Source: Oikopleura dioica (Eukaryota > Animalia > Chordata). Taken from it: 64,000 nucleotides of DNA. The stretch spans positions 15,635,208 through 15,699,207 of the forward strand of contig OU015568.1 in NCBI GenBank assembly GCA_907165135.1, written 5' to 3'. A program made the position numbers and the translations under genes. A model generated the notes under the pieces. It was not told the origin of the DNA and searched no databases. It worked only from the letters and a program-made list of their open reading frames with translations. Positions 23,510-35,280 of the stretch are shown here, in pieces; positions within the stretch are counted from its first letter, which is position 1, and each line of letters starts with the position of its first letter.

Positions 23510-25720
23510 TTAGACACAATAGTCTGCAGATACTTCAAAAAGAACGGGGATATAACTGAGAACAGTGTATTCAATAACTTCTTGGTTGACCAGCGCATCT
23601 TCTTCAAAGTCAAGTCGTTCGATTGCATATGGGTCTTCGCGTCCAGAGACAATGAAAATTGAATTGCCGATCATTATTGCCGATCCGTAAATATGCTCCT
23701 GATTTATAAAAAAATGATTTTCGCGAATAATTTTGAAATTACATTTTCAAGATCCCCGATCTGTTTCCAGATGTTGTTTTGAAGAAGCCAAATTGCTGTT
23801 TGGTGAGAACAACTTCCTGGTTCGCATCTTTGCCCCCCAGCAAGCAAAAGACTTCCACTCGGTAGTCCCATCAAAACATGATAATGGATCGTGCTTAACA
23901 GATTTTAATAAGTCATTGACTTTTTAAATACCCCGGAAAATTTGTCAGAGTGTACCATCCAGACGAGCCTTTTGTTTCCACCTTATCACCGTTATCAGCA
24001 ACCCGATAATTTCCAACGGTTGTCGGTTGCCCTTGGTAAAATCCAAGCTTTCCGCCTAAATGTGCATAGTGGGTGCTAGAAGTTGAAGAAACATGTGATG
24101 AATCGAATATGTGGCATCGGTCGAACCCGACAGTGTTGGGAAAGCAAATTAATGCTTTATCCCCATTATCAATTGTGAGTGCAGCGGACCACTCAATAAC
24201 TCTGTATTTTAGTCGTCTCGGCTGTTTTTCCCATTCGCACCCAACCAGTTTTGAAATCTATGAATAATTTTTGTTTAGATAATAATGTATTACTTTAAAA
24301 TTATCGGAGTTTCCACCAAAGATGTAGAGCTCGCCCTTTACAAGAGCATGAGGAGATGAGGAAAGGTAGTTGTCGCTGGGCGCCGTGATCATAGCTGCTA
24401 TTTTTGTTGATCCGGTGAGTGAAAGTGAAAATGCTTCATTCAAGTCTCCACCCATAACCAAAATATGCTGATCAAGAATATAATATATATATTTGATTTT
24501 CAAAGATTTACATAGATATTTATACAGAGTACATATATATAATTCATATGATAACCTTACCCCGGAAAGGTTCGCCAGACTTCCGACAATTAGTGTTTTT
24601 GCCCAAAGTATAAATAAAAAGTATAAACTAAGGGTACTCGAAGAGGGTGGCGGGCGGCTACGTTCGAAATCAGTTTTTGGGCCCATTTTTCGAACAGCGT
24701 TCGAAATTTCCAAAAATCTTTGCCAAAATAGGCCAAAAAATGGATGTGAAAAGATAAGTTTGCTTAGAAAAATCATGAAAATCCAATTAAAAAAGCCTGT
24801 TCAAAAGTAAAAACGAAGATTAGCTATGCATTATATTATATAATTTATAATTTATATAGCCTTCTCGCGGGGCTTCAAGAGCTAACAAGGGATAACACGG
24901 AGAAAGGCGGGCGAGCAAAGGTGCGCCGTCGAAACCAAGGAGAGCGAACAAGGGGGCGTAGTAAGCAAAAGAAGGAAAGCGACAGAGGGAACAAGGTAAC
25001 AAAAAGCGAGCGACCAAGGGGGGTCTTGCTGGAGTTTAACTCAGCGAGCAAGGGAAAAATGTTCACAAAATGTGGGCGAGCAAGGGGGTGGGGTACGTTA
25101 TGAGCTGAAACCATTGAAATCGTGTAAGTAATGGAAGTAAATGGCAGTAATGGCATCATTATGGGAGAGTTTACTTATAAATCAGGCGCGGAGCGCATAC
25201 AAGCTCATTTTTACAAGCAATTTCAGTAATTTTTGGAACGGCGTTCGAAATTTCGAACGTAGCCGCCTTACACCCCTCGAAGACAGTTTATTCGATTATC
25301 TATCGGCGGCTACCCCAGAATATTTATTTTTGGCGGGCTAAGGTTAATAAATATTTTTTACCTTTTCGGGAGGATATTCCAAGAAACATTCGCTGATGCA
25401 ATCTTTATAATAATTTTATTATCTGATCATTAAACGAAAAACCAACATTTTAACTCAACATCACACATAGCGTGACAGTAAGTAGTTCCACAAGCGAGTC
25501 GACATTCCGTGAAAAAAAATCGACATTCTTCTTCACACTCCTTTAAATTTAAGGCTTTCGAATGGCGAATTTGAGATGAAGGGTTTGCAACATCAATTAT
25601 ATGGTCATTTTTTTCGTCTAGAAACGCATTCTCTCGAAGACTCTGCTCTTGGAAGAGACTCTCAGTTCCATTACCTCCAAAACACGCATGATAAAAAATG
25701 AACAGTTTAACCAAAATCAT
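23510..25720 (-). pseudogene. Secreted Cys-rich plus kelch-like beta-propeller gene with frameshifts
   Basis: Signal MILVKLFIFYHACFG, ECEEEC...C...C...C, ELYIFGG, ALICF, GQPTTVG, LLLAGG, AIERLDF, PVLFEVSADYCV*; frame changes near 23800 and 23550. Confidence 0.65.
24633..25285. mobile_element. MITE-like insertion with imperfect TIRs and purine-rich core
   Basis: GGCGGCTACGTTCGAAAT / ATTTCGAACGTAGCCGCC inverted pair. Confidence 0.5.
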
Positions 25721-26013
25721 TTTATCTTCGAGAATGAATGAGTTTTGCATAAAAATTGAATTATTTGAAACAAATTTCAAGGTCAACTCAAAGTAAAACA
25801 AATATCAAATGCATAATTCCCTGCGGATTCGAGCCTCTGATATTTGAAAGGGTCATAAAATTAATATCAGATAAAACGGAATGGTAGATGGAACATGTCG
25901 ATAAGAAGAATGTAATTGAACTTTATTGATAACACAAAACATAACATTGAAGACATCAATAATAGGCAGTTTGGTAGAAGCAAAATATATAGACTTGTTG
26001 CTTCCTGAATGAA

Positions 26014-29000
26014 TCAGTAGTACGTATCCATCGGTGCATTCATCATCGTCGGTTGTTGCGTAAAAAAGTTACTCTGGCCTCTGTTTTAGGGTCTCCAAAT
26101 TTAAGGCTTTAACGTCAGTCCAAAAAATATGATCGACCCTTTCCTTTGGACCATTCGTTGGAGCTTCTTTTCTTTCATTCTTCGATTTTGAAACCAAACT
26201 TTTACTTGCCTATCCGACAAGTTTAGCCGATCTCCAAGCTCTTGCCGTTTTTCTCTGGCGATATAAGTCGAGGACATGTATTCTTTCTCCAGCTCCGATA
26301 TCTGCTGTTTTGTATAAGGACGCCGCTTTTTCCTCGCAGTAGAGGCGAGATCTGCTTTTGAAAGGCCTTAATTTTAGTAGTGAAATCAATATTTTTAAGC
26401 TGGTGTTTTTTTCTGCCGGAAATTAAGGTGTGGATTCCTGTTTGGGAAGTTTCAGATTTTGGTGACGGGTGAAAAAAAATTTTTTCCAGTTTTGAGTCGT
26501 TTATGAAAGAGTACTAAAAATGAAGCATTTTGGTACCTTTCTCGAGTTCTATCTCTAAGAAATTTGGGAGATATGGCCTTCCAAAAGTTCAAAAACATCA
26601 ATTCTAATATTATCGATTGTGAGTAATCCACAAGAGGAATTTTCTAGTTCTTAGTGGATTCTGATTCAGCAGGGTCTAAACCTCTCTGGAATCCAAAAAT
26701 CGGTCATCCATGATCATAATTATGGCGGGAAATCATCATTTTCTTAGACCCCAATTTTCGTTAAGAAAAACAGTGAAAATCGGCCGAAAATAGGAAAGCG
26801 CAGCGACAAAACGGCGTCGAAATCGGGCGCTTAAAATTAAGCTCATCCCATTTCCTAGCCTGATTCCCATTTTTGGGTTGTGCAGCTACAAAACGGCCTC
26901 GAAATCAAGCAGGTAAGAAATTTTCTCATCCCATTTTCTTCCCACGTGGCTAATACCTGATGATCATCGAAACTCTCTCTTGACGTGCTTTTAATTAAGG
27001 CTAACGAAGTTTTCTAGCCCACTTCCGCCTCTTAGACCCCCAAAACCATACCTTTTTAGAATCGACAGAAAATTCTAAGAACTATGACTGTTTAAAATTC
27101 CAGAAAACTCCACTCCTGGTCAATTCTAGAGCCGGAAGTTGACGTAATTTAGGTGTTAGGGTGAAGTGTGACATATCAAATTGATGCTCAAAAGATTCGA
27201 GTCATCCTATTATCAGTATATCAGAAGAAAAAATCACAGACGTGGTCGAACCGACCGGTAAAATTATGAAAAAAGGGAGGACCTTTAAAGAACGCGATTT
27301 TGGGGCTGAAGGAGTCAAGATAGACCCCCCATAAAATGAAGCTCTGAAATCGTTTTTTGACCCTTAGAATCCATTTTCGGGGTCAGAGTTTTAGATTTAC
27401 GAAATTCGATTTTTCGAAAAAAGCTGACGGGGGAGGGTCTTTAAATTGATGAAATTTTTTCAGTTTTAACCGGTCGAATTGACAGCGGTCGGAGTTGATT
27501 GTAGTCTTACATGATAGGAAATCTTTTGAGCATCAATTTGATATGTCACACTTCACCCTAACACCTAAATTACGTCAACTTCCGGCTCTAGAATTGACCA
27601 GGAGTGGAGTTTTCTGGAATTTTAAACAGTCATAGTTCTTAGAATTTTCTGTCGATTCTAAAAAGGTATGGTTTTGGGGGTCTAAGAGGCGGAAGTGGGC
27701 TAGAAAACTTCGTTAGCCTTAATTAAAAGCACGTCAAGAGAGAGTTTCGATGATCATCAGGTATTAGCCACGTGGGAAGAAAATGGGATGAGAAAATTTC
27801 TTACCTGCTTGATTTCGAGGCCGTTTTGTAGCTGCACAACCCAAAAATGGGAATCAGGCTAGGAAATGGGATGAGCTTAATTTTAAGCGCCCGATTTCGA
27901 CGCCGTTTTGTCGCTGCGCTTTCCTATTTTCGGCCGATTTTCACTGTTTTTCTTAACGAAAATTGGGGTCTAAGAAAATGATGATTTCCCGCCATAATTA
28001 TGATCATGGATGACCGATTTTTGGATTCCAGAGAGGTTTAGACCCTGCTGAATCAGAATCCACTAAGAACTAGAAAATTCCTCTTGTGGATTACTCACAA
28101 TCGATAATATTAGAATTGATGTTTTTGAACTTTTGGAAGGCCATATCTCCCAAATTTCTTAGAGATAGAACTCGAGAAAGGTACCAAAATGCTTCATTTT
28201 TAGTACTCTTTCATAAACGACTCAAAACTGGAAAAAAATATTTTTTTCACCCGTCACCAAAATCTGAAACTTCCCTTTGAAAATTATAATTTATGTGAGT
28301 AGGATGCGGGACTAGGTGCAAAGCGAAGAGTGCAAAATTAAATCAATCAGTCGATAAACGGCAGCTCGTAAATTTCTACCAATAAACCTTTTTACCTTTG
28401 CCGTGGGGAGCATCGTCAATGACGTCGAGCGGATGCTGCCGAGTTGAAGTTGACTTCTTCACGAGTTCTTCCACGGATTTCAGGTGACTCGAGGTTAGAG
28501 AAGTTGTCATCTGATCGAGTTTTTTATTGTTTCGAGTTGGGGCTAGTTACCTTTGCTGATTTTGCTTCTTCCGAGTCTGAACTTGAAAGACTTTTGTACG
28601 GCTCAGCGTGTTCTGAATCAAGTAAATATCTTTGAAGATTGAAAAAATACCTTTCGATGACGAAGCTTTGTTTGAGGAATGAAGACCTACGTTCGGATGA
28701 AAAGCTGGAATTTGAAATTGCTCGTGGAAGTTCCACTATAAACGAAGGAGTGACATATTTTCCTCGAAAACTTTTGGTTTAAAATATTCAGCGCCAATAA
28801 AAAGTTTTAATTCAATATTTTTCTCTAATGATGAATTTAAGTCGAAAGTGGTCATTTGGGAGGAGGAGCATTTGTCACTTTTTTATGGTGATCAGTCGGT
28901 AATTAGCGATTGATGGGAAATCATTCTCAGTTTTCTTTATTTTTTAAATTGTTGCTTAAATTAGACCTCACCTGTTCCAACTGACCGGGAGCGGGCATCA

Positions 29001-29608
29001 GTCCGGCTGGGCTTTTTGCCGTTGATTCTAGCGTGAATATTTTTGTGGGAAAAAGTGAACCCGTTTCTTTCACAGAAATTCATCCCTTTTTCAATACTCA
29101 AATATGAAGAATATTATTCAAACGGCGAAAATCGCACCTAGGGTGAAGTCCGGCCCGACTAGAGGCAATAAAATTGTACTGACCGCGGTAAACTTTTAAA
29201 AACTTTGCGCGTGCGACGCCAATAAAATCACCGCGGCCGATTTCCGCATGATAATGAGGAACATGGAAAGAGTATCAAGTCAACGGTTCCTGTAGTATGA
29301 ATTCATGCAGGCTTGGAAGAATGAGGGGTTGTGGTAGTTTGATGCCATTGCGGCGAGAGAACCTTGTGGGTCGTGCTAGAAGGAGTGAGAAAGGAGTTTT
29401 GTAAGTGTAATACCTTCATGTTGTAGAAAGCGGGATGAAAAGCTTTCTGGTCGAATTCATGAGCTGCTTTTTGTAGGCTTTCTTGGGGGAGAGAAGGCTG
29501 ACTTGCTGTAGCTGGTTGTGAGTTATTCTGTTCGACTTCTGATGACCTGATGGATGGATAGTTGAAAGCCTGGGGCTGGCTACGGGGTTCTTCGAAAGAT
29601 TCCATCAC
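26014..29608 (-). CDS. Hox12: Posterior Hox (AbdB class) homeobox gene, best match paralogy group 12
   Basis: Homeodomain [57 protein letters not shown] (~26334-26160); upstream exons join in frame across intron 26367-28395; ends MDTYY*. Homeobox certain, PG12 assignment by the TKQQI motif. Confidence 0.85.
26444..28275. mobile_element. 1.83-kb palindromic foldback element in Hox12 intron
   Basis: Arms 26444-27197 and 27520-28275 are near-identical reverse complements; TTT|GGGAAG...CTTCCC|TTT; 322-bp spacer holds a fragment of the 37955 family. Confidence 0.88.
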
Positions 29609-29897
29609 TTAAAATTTATTTGATCGAAAATTGAAGAATCTGAAATTTAGACTGTCAGACAATTCTGAAATTTGAATGATGAGTTCAAATCAAGAATCAT
29701 CTGGCGCTTAAAATTTGTTTAGTTTTTTATGATTTGCGAAGCGGCTGCAGCAATACACATGCTCACAAATTATCACCGTTTAATTACAGATCATCAAATC
29801 ACAGTTGTGCTTCGGGCACGCTACTGCTGCCCATTAAAACTTTTATCTCTTTTCGTCAACTCCAGTCGTCAGTCTTTTCTCTGTTTACGCTACCTTT

Positions 29898-30588
29898 ATG
29901 GCCCTCGATAAATCTGATTTAACTTCGAAACCCACAAAACCTATCCAAGACGAGAGCGAACGAGCCTTCGGGTATGTGACAGAGAAGGCGCCACCCAGCG
30001 AACTCCCTCCGGTCTCTGCCTTCATCCCATTGGCGCCAGGAGGGCAGATTGACGCGAATGAACGAATTCGCGGCCTACTTCCGGAGATAAAGCCTGACAG
30101 AGTGATTTTCAGAGGGACTTCTTTTGCATGAAACAAGACTTGTATAATACAAGTTGTATTTCAGAGGCTTATAAGAGGTGAGTATCTAGATAAATCTTTA
30201 TGATAAGTTTTAAAGAATCGAAGATCTGAATTTCCTAGATATTTTAACAGCCAAGTTGGAGGCTAAAAAACAAGTCAATTGCCCTTTTTCAGGAAAATTG
30301 ACCGAATCTCTTGATTTTTGAGCTCCAAAAAGTCAATTTTCGGAAGCTATTTTTTATGAAAAATATTAAAGAGAAGGTGCATTTGAGTCAATAAAAGGCA
30401 TTTTTTAAATATAAAACCAGCAGAAACAAACAGAAACTTTTGAAAAGGCAATCTAACAGTAGGCCCAAAGGTGAGTGCGCAATTTGTCGCGATTTAACTT
30501 TACGACGTTTTGATTTATACTCGACGGACAGCTACTGAGGAAGACATCTATCTTTGTTCAATCAATCAAAATTCTTTTCACGAATAAA
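29898..30588 (+). CDS. Small uncharacterised gene divergent from Hox12
   Basis: ORF MALDKSDL..., GTGAG donors at ~30177 and ~30472, terminal exon ATEEDIYLCSINQNSFHE*. Confidence 0.4.
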
Positions 30589-31107
30589 TAAAACAAATTA
30601 GAGACTAAATTTTTTCTTAAAAACTTTTTCAGAAACACGAATTTCTTCGATTGAAATCAAGGAAGAGAATTTTTTTACGATGCGATTTCGGCCCTTTTGG
30701 ATTTAAAGTATTCCTTAGTCTACTCATGAATTCATGATTCAGAAAGAAAGTGGCCTTGTTACGAAATAATATCATATGCTGCAAAGCTGTGGCTTTGTTC
30801 TTCGCTCCTTTCTGCTCGTAAATGTCGATCAAAGGCCTTGTTGCGGGCCCTACCACACTGCTTCAATTCCATAAAACTCTATCGTTAAGAAGCTTCTTTC
30901 CGGAATTGACAGGCCATGGCTGATATCAAAAGTTTATTTCATAAAAAGCATAAAAATTGGTCGAAAAAATGGCCTCATGGAGAGTCGAGAATGTCAGAAA
31001 GATTAAAGGATTTGTAGTCTCTGGGTGGCGACATTTCTTGCGAAGATTCTTGCTCGTTCGGAATGTCCAAAATACCTAAATGAGCGAATTAAAATTGATG
31101 ATACTAG

Positions 31108-31900
31108 TTATTCAAGTTGTACCAGGGCTGATTTTCTTTGCAGGGGTTGTTGGAAACGGGCAGCTTATTTCAGCAAAACGCGAGTCTGGTCGAACTTTGG
31201 CAAAATCAATGGCAGGATCTGCATTCATTCGCTCCCATTCTCCATCAAGAAAGCTTTGTGAAACTGCGTTTTCAACAGGATCAACCTTCTCTTTCGTTTT
31301 TTCTTGCGATCTAGCAGAAGAAAATGCAAGTTGATTTCGTGAAGGCTAGAAAATCGACGATAAGTTCTACATACTAGTATAAAATGCTTTCTTACCAAAG
31401 CTGCTGGTTTTAGGGGAGTTCCTTGTAAATAAACATCTCTCGCTTGTATATTTTTGCTTCTCGCTTCCATGAAAGGCGATTTTTTTTTCAATAGAACTGA
31501 ATATATTTTGATCTTTCTCAATAATCTGACGTTTATTCTAGAGAAAAATGGATGCATGCTTGCGTTGAAAAATTCATCGTCCCAGGCAGGGGTGGATATT
31601 TTGATTTCAACTCCTCATTTCAACACCAATTTGGCCATCCTGATTGGTCGAGAACGGGAATTTCGGGGTTTGAAATGAGGTTTGAAATCAAAATATCCAT
31701 CCCTGGTCCCAGGTGTTTGAAAATTTTCGCCAATTTTGATATTTCTGCGATTTAGGAAATCGTTGGGTGTTCGTGGCCGTATCAGGTGCCAGGTGCGACC
31801 CAATAAATGGAAGCGAGCTGATCCGGTGGCTCGGCGGTGGTGTTAGTGGCCCGTACTGAATCGGACGGATATTACGCGCGCCCATCAACAATATCACGCC
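31108..31900 (-). CDS. Uncharacterised gene fragment (3' exons)
   Basis: TTG|GTAAG...TTTTCTAG|CCT intron ~31346-31396 joins GTPLKPAAL to PSRNQLAFSSARSQEK...PGTT*. Confidence 0.4.
31587..31705. mobile_element. hAT-like MITE (119 bp)
   Basis: GTCCCAGG|CAGGGGTGGATATTTTGATTTCAA...TTGAAATCAAAATATCCATCCCTG|GTCCCAGG. Confidence 0.88.
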
Positions 31901-33060
31901 AGATGGTCGCTGCCCTGCCGGCTAACTGCGCAAAAGTTTATTAATTTGGAATTGATATTGCCGTGTTTCCGGGGCGCACTTTATCTAATTTAAACTCCTT
32001 CCGAAGAAATTTACGACTCGCTCTCTATTTATCATTTTCAATCCCTCTGGGCCACGCGGGATACAACTTCAAAAAATGCGAAAAAAACAAGTTTCAATTG
32101 ATAATTTCAAAATTTTTTCGGTTATATTTTCAATAGTTTCTAGCATCTGTATAATCCTTTGATTTTATAGTATCTTGCATAAAACACAAGATAAAACCTC
32201 GACAATGAGAAAACAAAACAGATAAAAAAGCAACCACCAAGATAAGAGGCAACAAGTAAAAGTACGATACGAGATTCGGAGAGAGCAAGCGATGGCGGTG
32301 CGGTAAATCCTGGCGCCGAGCAGTCTGCCGCTAGAGGAGCGCCGCAGCACCAAATTCGTACTACACCGCCGAGCTAGGGTGTCCCTCGGCTCTGGCTCTT
32401 GAATTCATAAAAGCTGAAACTGAAGGAGAATTTCAAGCGAAATTCTAAAGAACCATAAATCTGGGTTTGATTCTTGCTTTTTAATTTTTGATGATTATCA
32501 TATAACTTGGATGATATGAGATAAATTTTAAACGGTTAACGATATAAAAAAGATCCATTCTTTCTATTCAGTCAAGCGCAAAAAATTACTAAAATAAGCT
32601 GACTTACACAATCAAGAGCATAAACGTCAAAAATCATTTTTGCATCATCCAAAGCTGGCAGTATTTATGACTGTTTTCAGTAATAATTTCCATGAGAAAC
32701 TACAGCCCCGTCGTTGCGATCTCTTTTCTCGTGGACTGCAGCTGCAGCGGGATGTCCTTCAAACTCAGTTGTATTTGTTAGAGTGGTGTTTGTTCAATCT
32801 TTCCTTCTTTTTATGATCTCGTTCTAGCGGATCATCAGAGTAGAAAGGTCGAATTCCCGTACTTTTTATTGAAACGAAGACTGTTTCTGTGTTTGTTAAT
32901 CCATCAACGATTTGTACTTCCTTTCCACTTACTAAATCGCGCCCGACCAGGTGCGGCCACTTTCAATTTTCTTGGACGGGGCCCAATTTTTTCAGGATAA
33001 AGGATTATCCGGGGATAGATTACTGATAAAAAAAGGAGAACTACTGTTAACAACAGATCG

Positions 33061-33672
33061 GGGTGGCGTCCAGAGTTGCAAATTTGCTGAGCTGAGTGAG
33101 CTGAGCTGGCTGAGTGAGCTGAGCTGGCTGAGTGAGCTGAGCAGTCGCTCAGCTCAGTGATTTTGGAAAATGATCTGATCTGCTCAGCTCAGCTCAGCTC
33201 AGACAATTTTCACTTAGTTCAGCTCAGCACAATTATTTTCGAACATGATCTGTTCTGCTCAGCTCAGCTCAGCTCAGACGATTATCACTTAGCTCAGCTC
33301 AATCAGCTCAGCTCAGCTCCAATTAGGGTCCACTCAGCTCAGCTCAGCTCAACTGTCTTAAACAAAAGGTCTGCTCAGCTCAGCTCCGCTCAATGACCTC
33401 TGAAAAAGGCCAGCTCAGCTCAGCTCAGAAACCTCCAAAATAGGCCAGCTCAGCTCAGCTCAGCTCAGAGAAATTTTTTCTCAGGTCAGCTCAGCTCAGC
33501 TCAGAAAAATATATCAAAATTTGCAACTCTGGTGGCGTCAGGAACCGACAAAAATTTCGACAAATTTTGCGTGGGCAGCTACTCGGCTTCTGATTGGCCG
33601 GTTAGCTAAATCCAGACTTTTGATTGGTTGAAACTTTCCAGGCAAAATTTTCGGGATTTTTGTCGGTCTGAC
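33061..33672. mobile_element. Host MITE (12249 family) interrupted by a nested insertion
   Basis: 33061-33070 plus 33540-33672 reconstitute the 12249-12400 sequence. Confidence 0.8.
33071..33531. mobile_element. hAT-like (GCTGA)n MITE, longer family member of the AKR insertion
   Basis: GTGGCGTC|CAGAGTTGCAAATTT...AAATTTGCAACTCTG|GTGGCGTC; right half is the reverse complement of most of 17229-17459. Confidence 0.9.
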
Positions 33673-34167
33673 TCCAATGACTCTGAATTTTTACTACTTC
33701 AGAACGGCCTGTTCAACTTTATGATTATTGCGCCAAATCTGACACCGGGTAATTTGAATTTCGGTTAGTAGCTAGGTAGTTTCGGCTCGATCGAAGGTGC
33801 AGATTGAAGGGCTTTGTACACCTTGTGGCCCTCCTATAGAGAGCGTTCGTTATCAGTTGGGGAGGGCACACGTGACGTGCACCGGACAGGCGCTCCGAGG
33901 AAGAGTGTGTTGGTGGAGGTGCAACACTTGGCCAAACCAGGCCCGGCCCGACCCTGCATGCCTTTGCAGCCGGACAACACGCGCAGAATCATCACCTAGT
34001 TATACACAGATTTAGAATACCACGCTCGGCCTTCTTCTTAGATCTCTTAATTCGTTTATTCCGTAAAAACAAAATCCACAGCTTCTTCGAAAAACAAGAC
34101 ATCAAATTTCTCCATAGCAGGTCAATTCTACTGGCGATAGACCCAGTACGGCGCGTATACTTCATAT

Positions 34168-34395
34168 CTGGGCTCGGCAACCTGAGTAGAAACCCTGAGT
34201 CAGGCTCTGGAAGAGCTTAAATGAAAAGCCGCGTAGCGGCTTTCTTAAAAACGAAGCCGCGAAGCGGCTTCGCCAGGATTTAAAAAAAAATTTTGGTGTA
34301 TTTGCGAAGCCCCTTTGCGGCTTCGTATTTAAGAAAGCCGCTACGCGGCTCTTCCAGAGCCTGACTCAGGTTTTTACTCAGGTTGCCGAGCCCAG
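34168..34395. mobile_element. MITE, CTGGGCTCGGCAACC family, 8-bp TSD
   Basis: CTTCATAT|CTGGGCTCGGCAACCTGAGTA...TACTCAGGTTGCCGAGCCCAG|CTTCATAT. Confidence 0.9.
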
Positions 34396-35101
34396 CTTCA
34401 TATGTTCGAATTTCCAATACACTAGAGTTTATCAAAAGTCCCCGTAGAACCAATTCTTTGGAAGTAACTTGTGGTTGAGCGAGAGGGGTCAGCTGATCTC
34501 TTCAAGTGTGCCCAGAAGGATTCTAGCGCGCTATCAGGACTATTCACTCTACTAATCCACAACAGAAGACGTTTTTTGCTTGAGTGGCGGCTCGGCGCCG
34601 ACACTTTGCCATTTTTAAGGTGCCACCCGTCGATAAAACTTAATTTTATATTTACACGGGGGATAAACACTTTTTTGGGTCACACCGTTCCTTTCAAATA
34701 CGACACTCAGCGAAGGTAAACCCTAAAAAGGCCTTCAACGCGACTTCCAATCTTAAGGAGATCGGGGTCGAATTCCTGCGCCACCAGAACTGCAAGCAGC
34801 TGATACAAAAGCCATCAAACCTGGATGGATCACTCGACGTTATCCCCGACAGCATGTTCTCACCGAAAACTATAATCCAACTCAGCCAAATTCAGCTAAT
34901 CATGAACACCAGGGTCGACTTGAAATTTCGGCAGGCAGCCGTCGGTTACCGGATCTTTAGGACGGTCAGCTGCTCCTCAAGTGCCGTCTTAGCTATTTTC
35001 TAGTCAGGCAGCATTCCAAAAAATAAGCCAAATACAATTTTCCTTCTTATAAAAATAATTATTTCGAATTCTTAATACCAAAAAATCAATTCTCCTCAAG
35101 A

Positions 35102-35280
35102 CTGGGTTCGGCAACCCGTGAAGAAAACCTGAGTCAGGGTCTGAAAGATCTCTAGACAAAAGCCGCTGAGCGGCTTTGAAAACGAAGCCGCAAAGCGGCT
35201 TCGCAAAATTTCCTTTCAAATCCATTCATCAGAACTTCTAGACCCTGACTCAGGTTTTCTACACAAGTTGCCGAGCCCAG
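35102..35280. mobile_element. MITE, same family, 8-bp TSD
   Basis: CCTCAAGA|CTGGGTTCGGCAAC...GTTGCCGAGCCCAG|CCTCAAGA. Confidence 0.9.

Noticed and set aside
27198-27519. Transposase in palindrome spacers (also 13223-13332)
   Set aside because: Spacers are too short and lack ORFs; no autonomous element found in the window.
34160-34403. MITEs at 34168 and 22200 as introners
   Set aside because: Their TSDs give no G-donor plus AG-acceptor pair that removes the insertion exactly on either strand.
34422-34670. ORF with ALESFWAHLKR, reminiscent of a DDE (Merlin/ISXO2 or Tc1) transposase motif
   Set aside because: One short motif only; no other catalytic motifs or flanking TIRs found, and neighbouring frames are closed. 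Needs a profile search.
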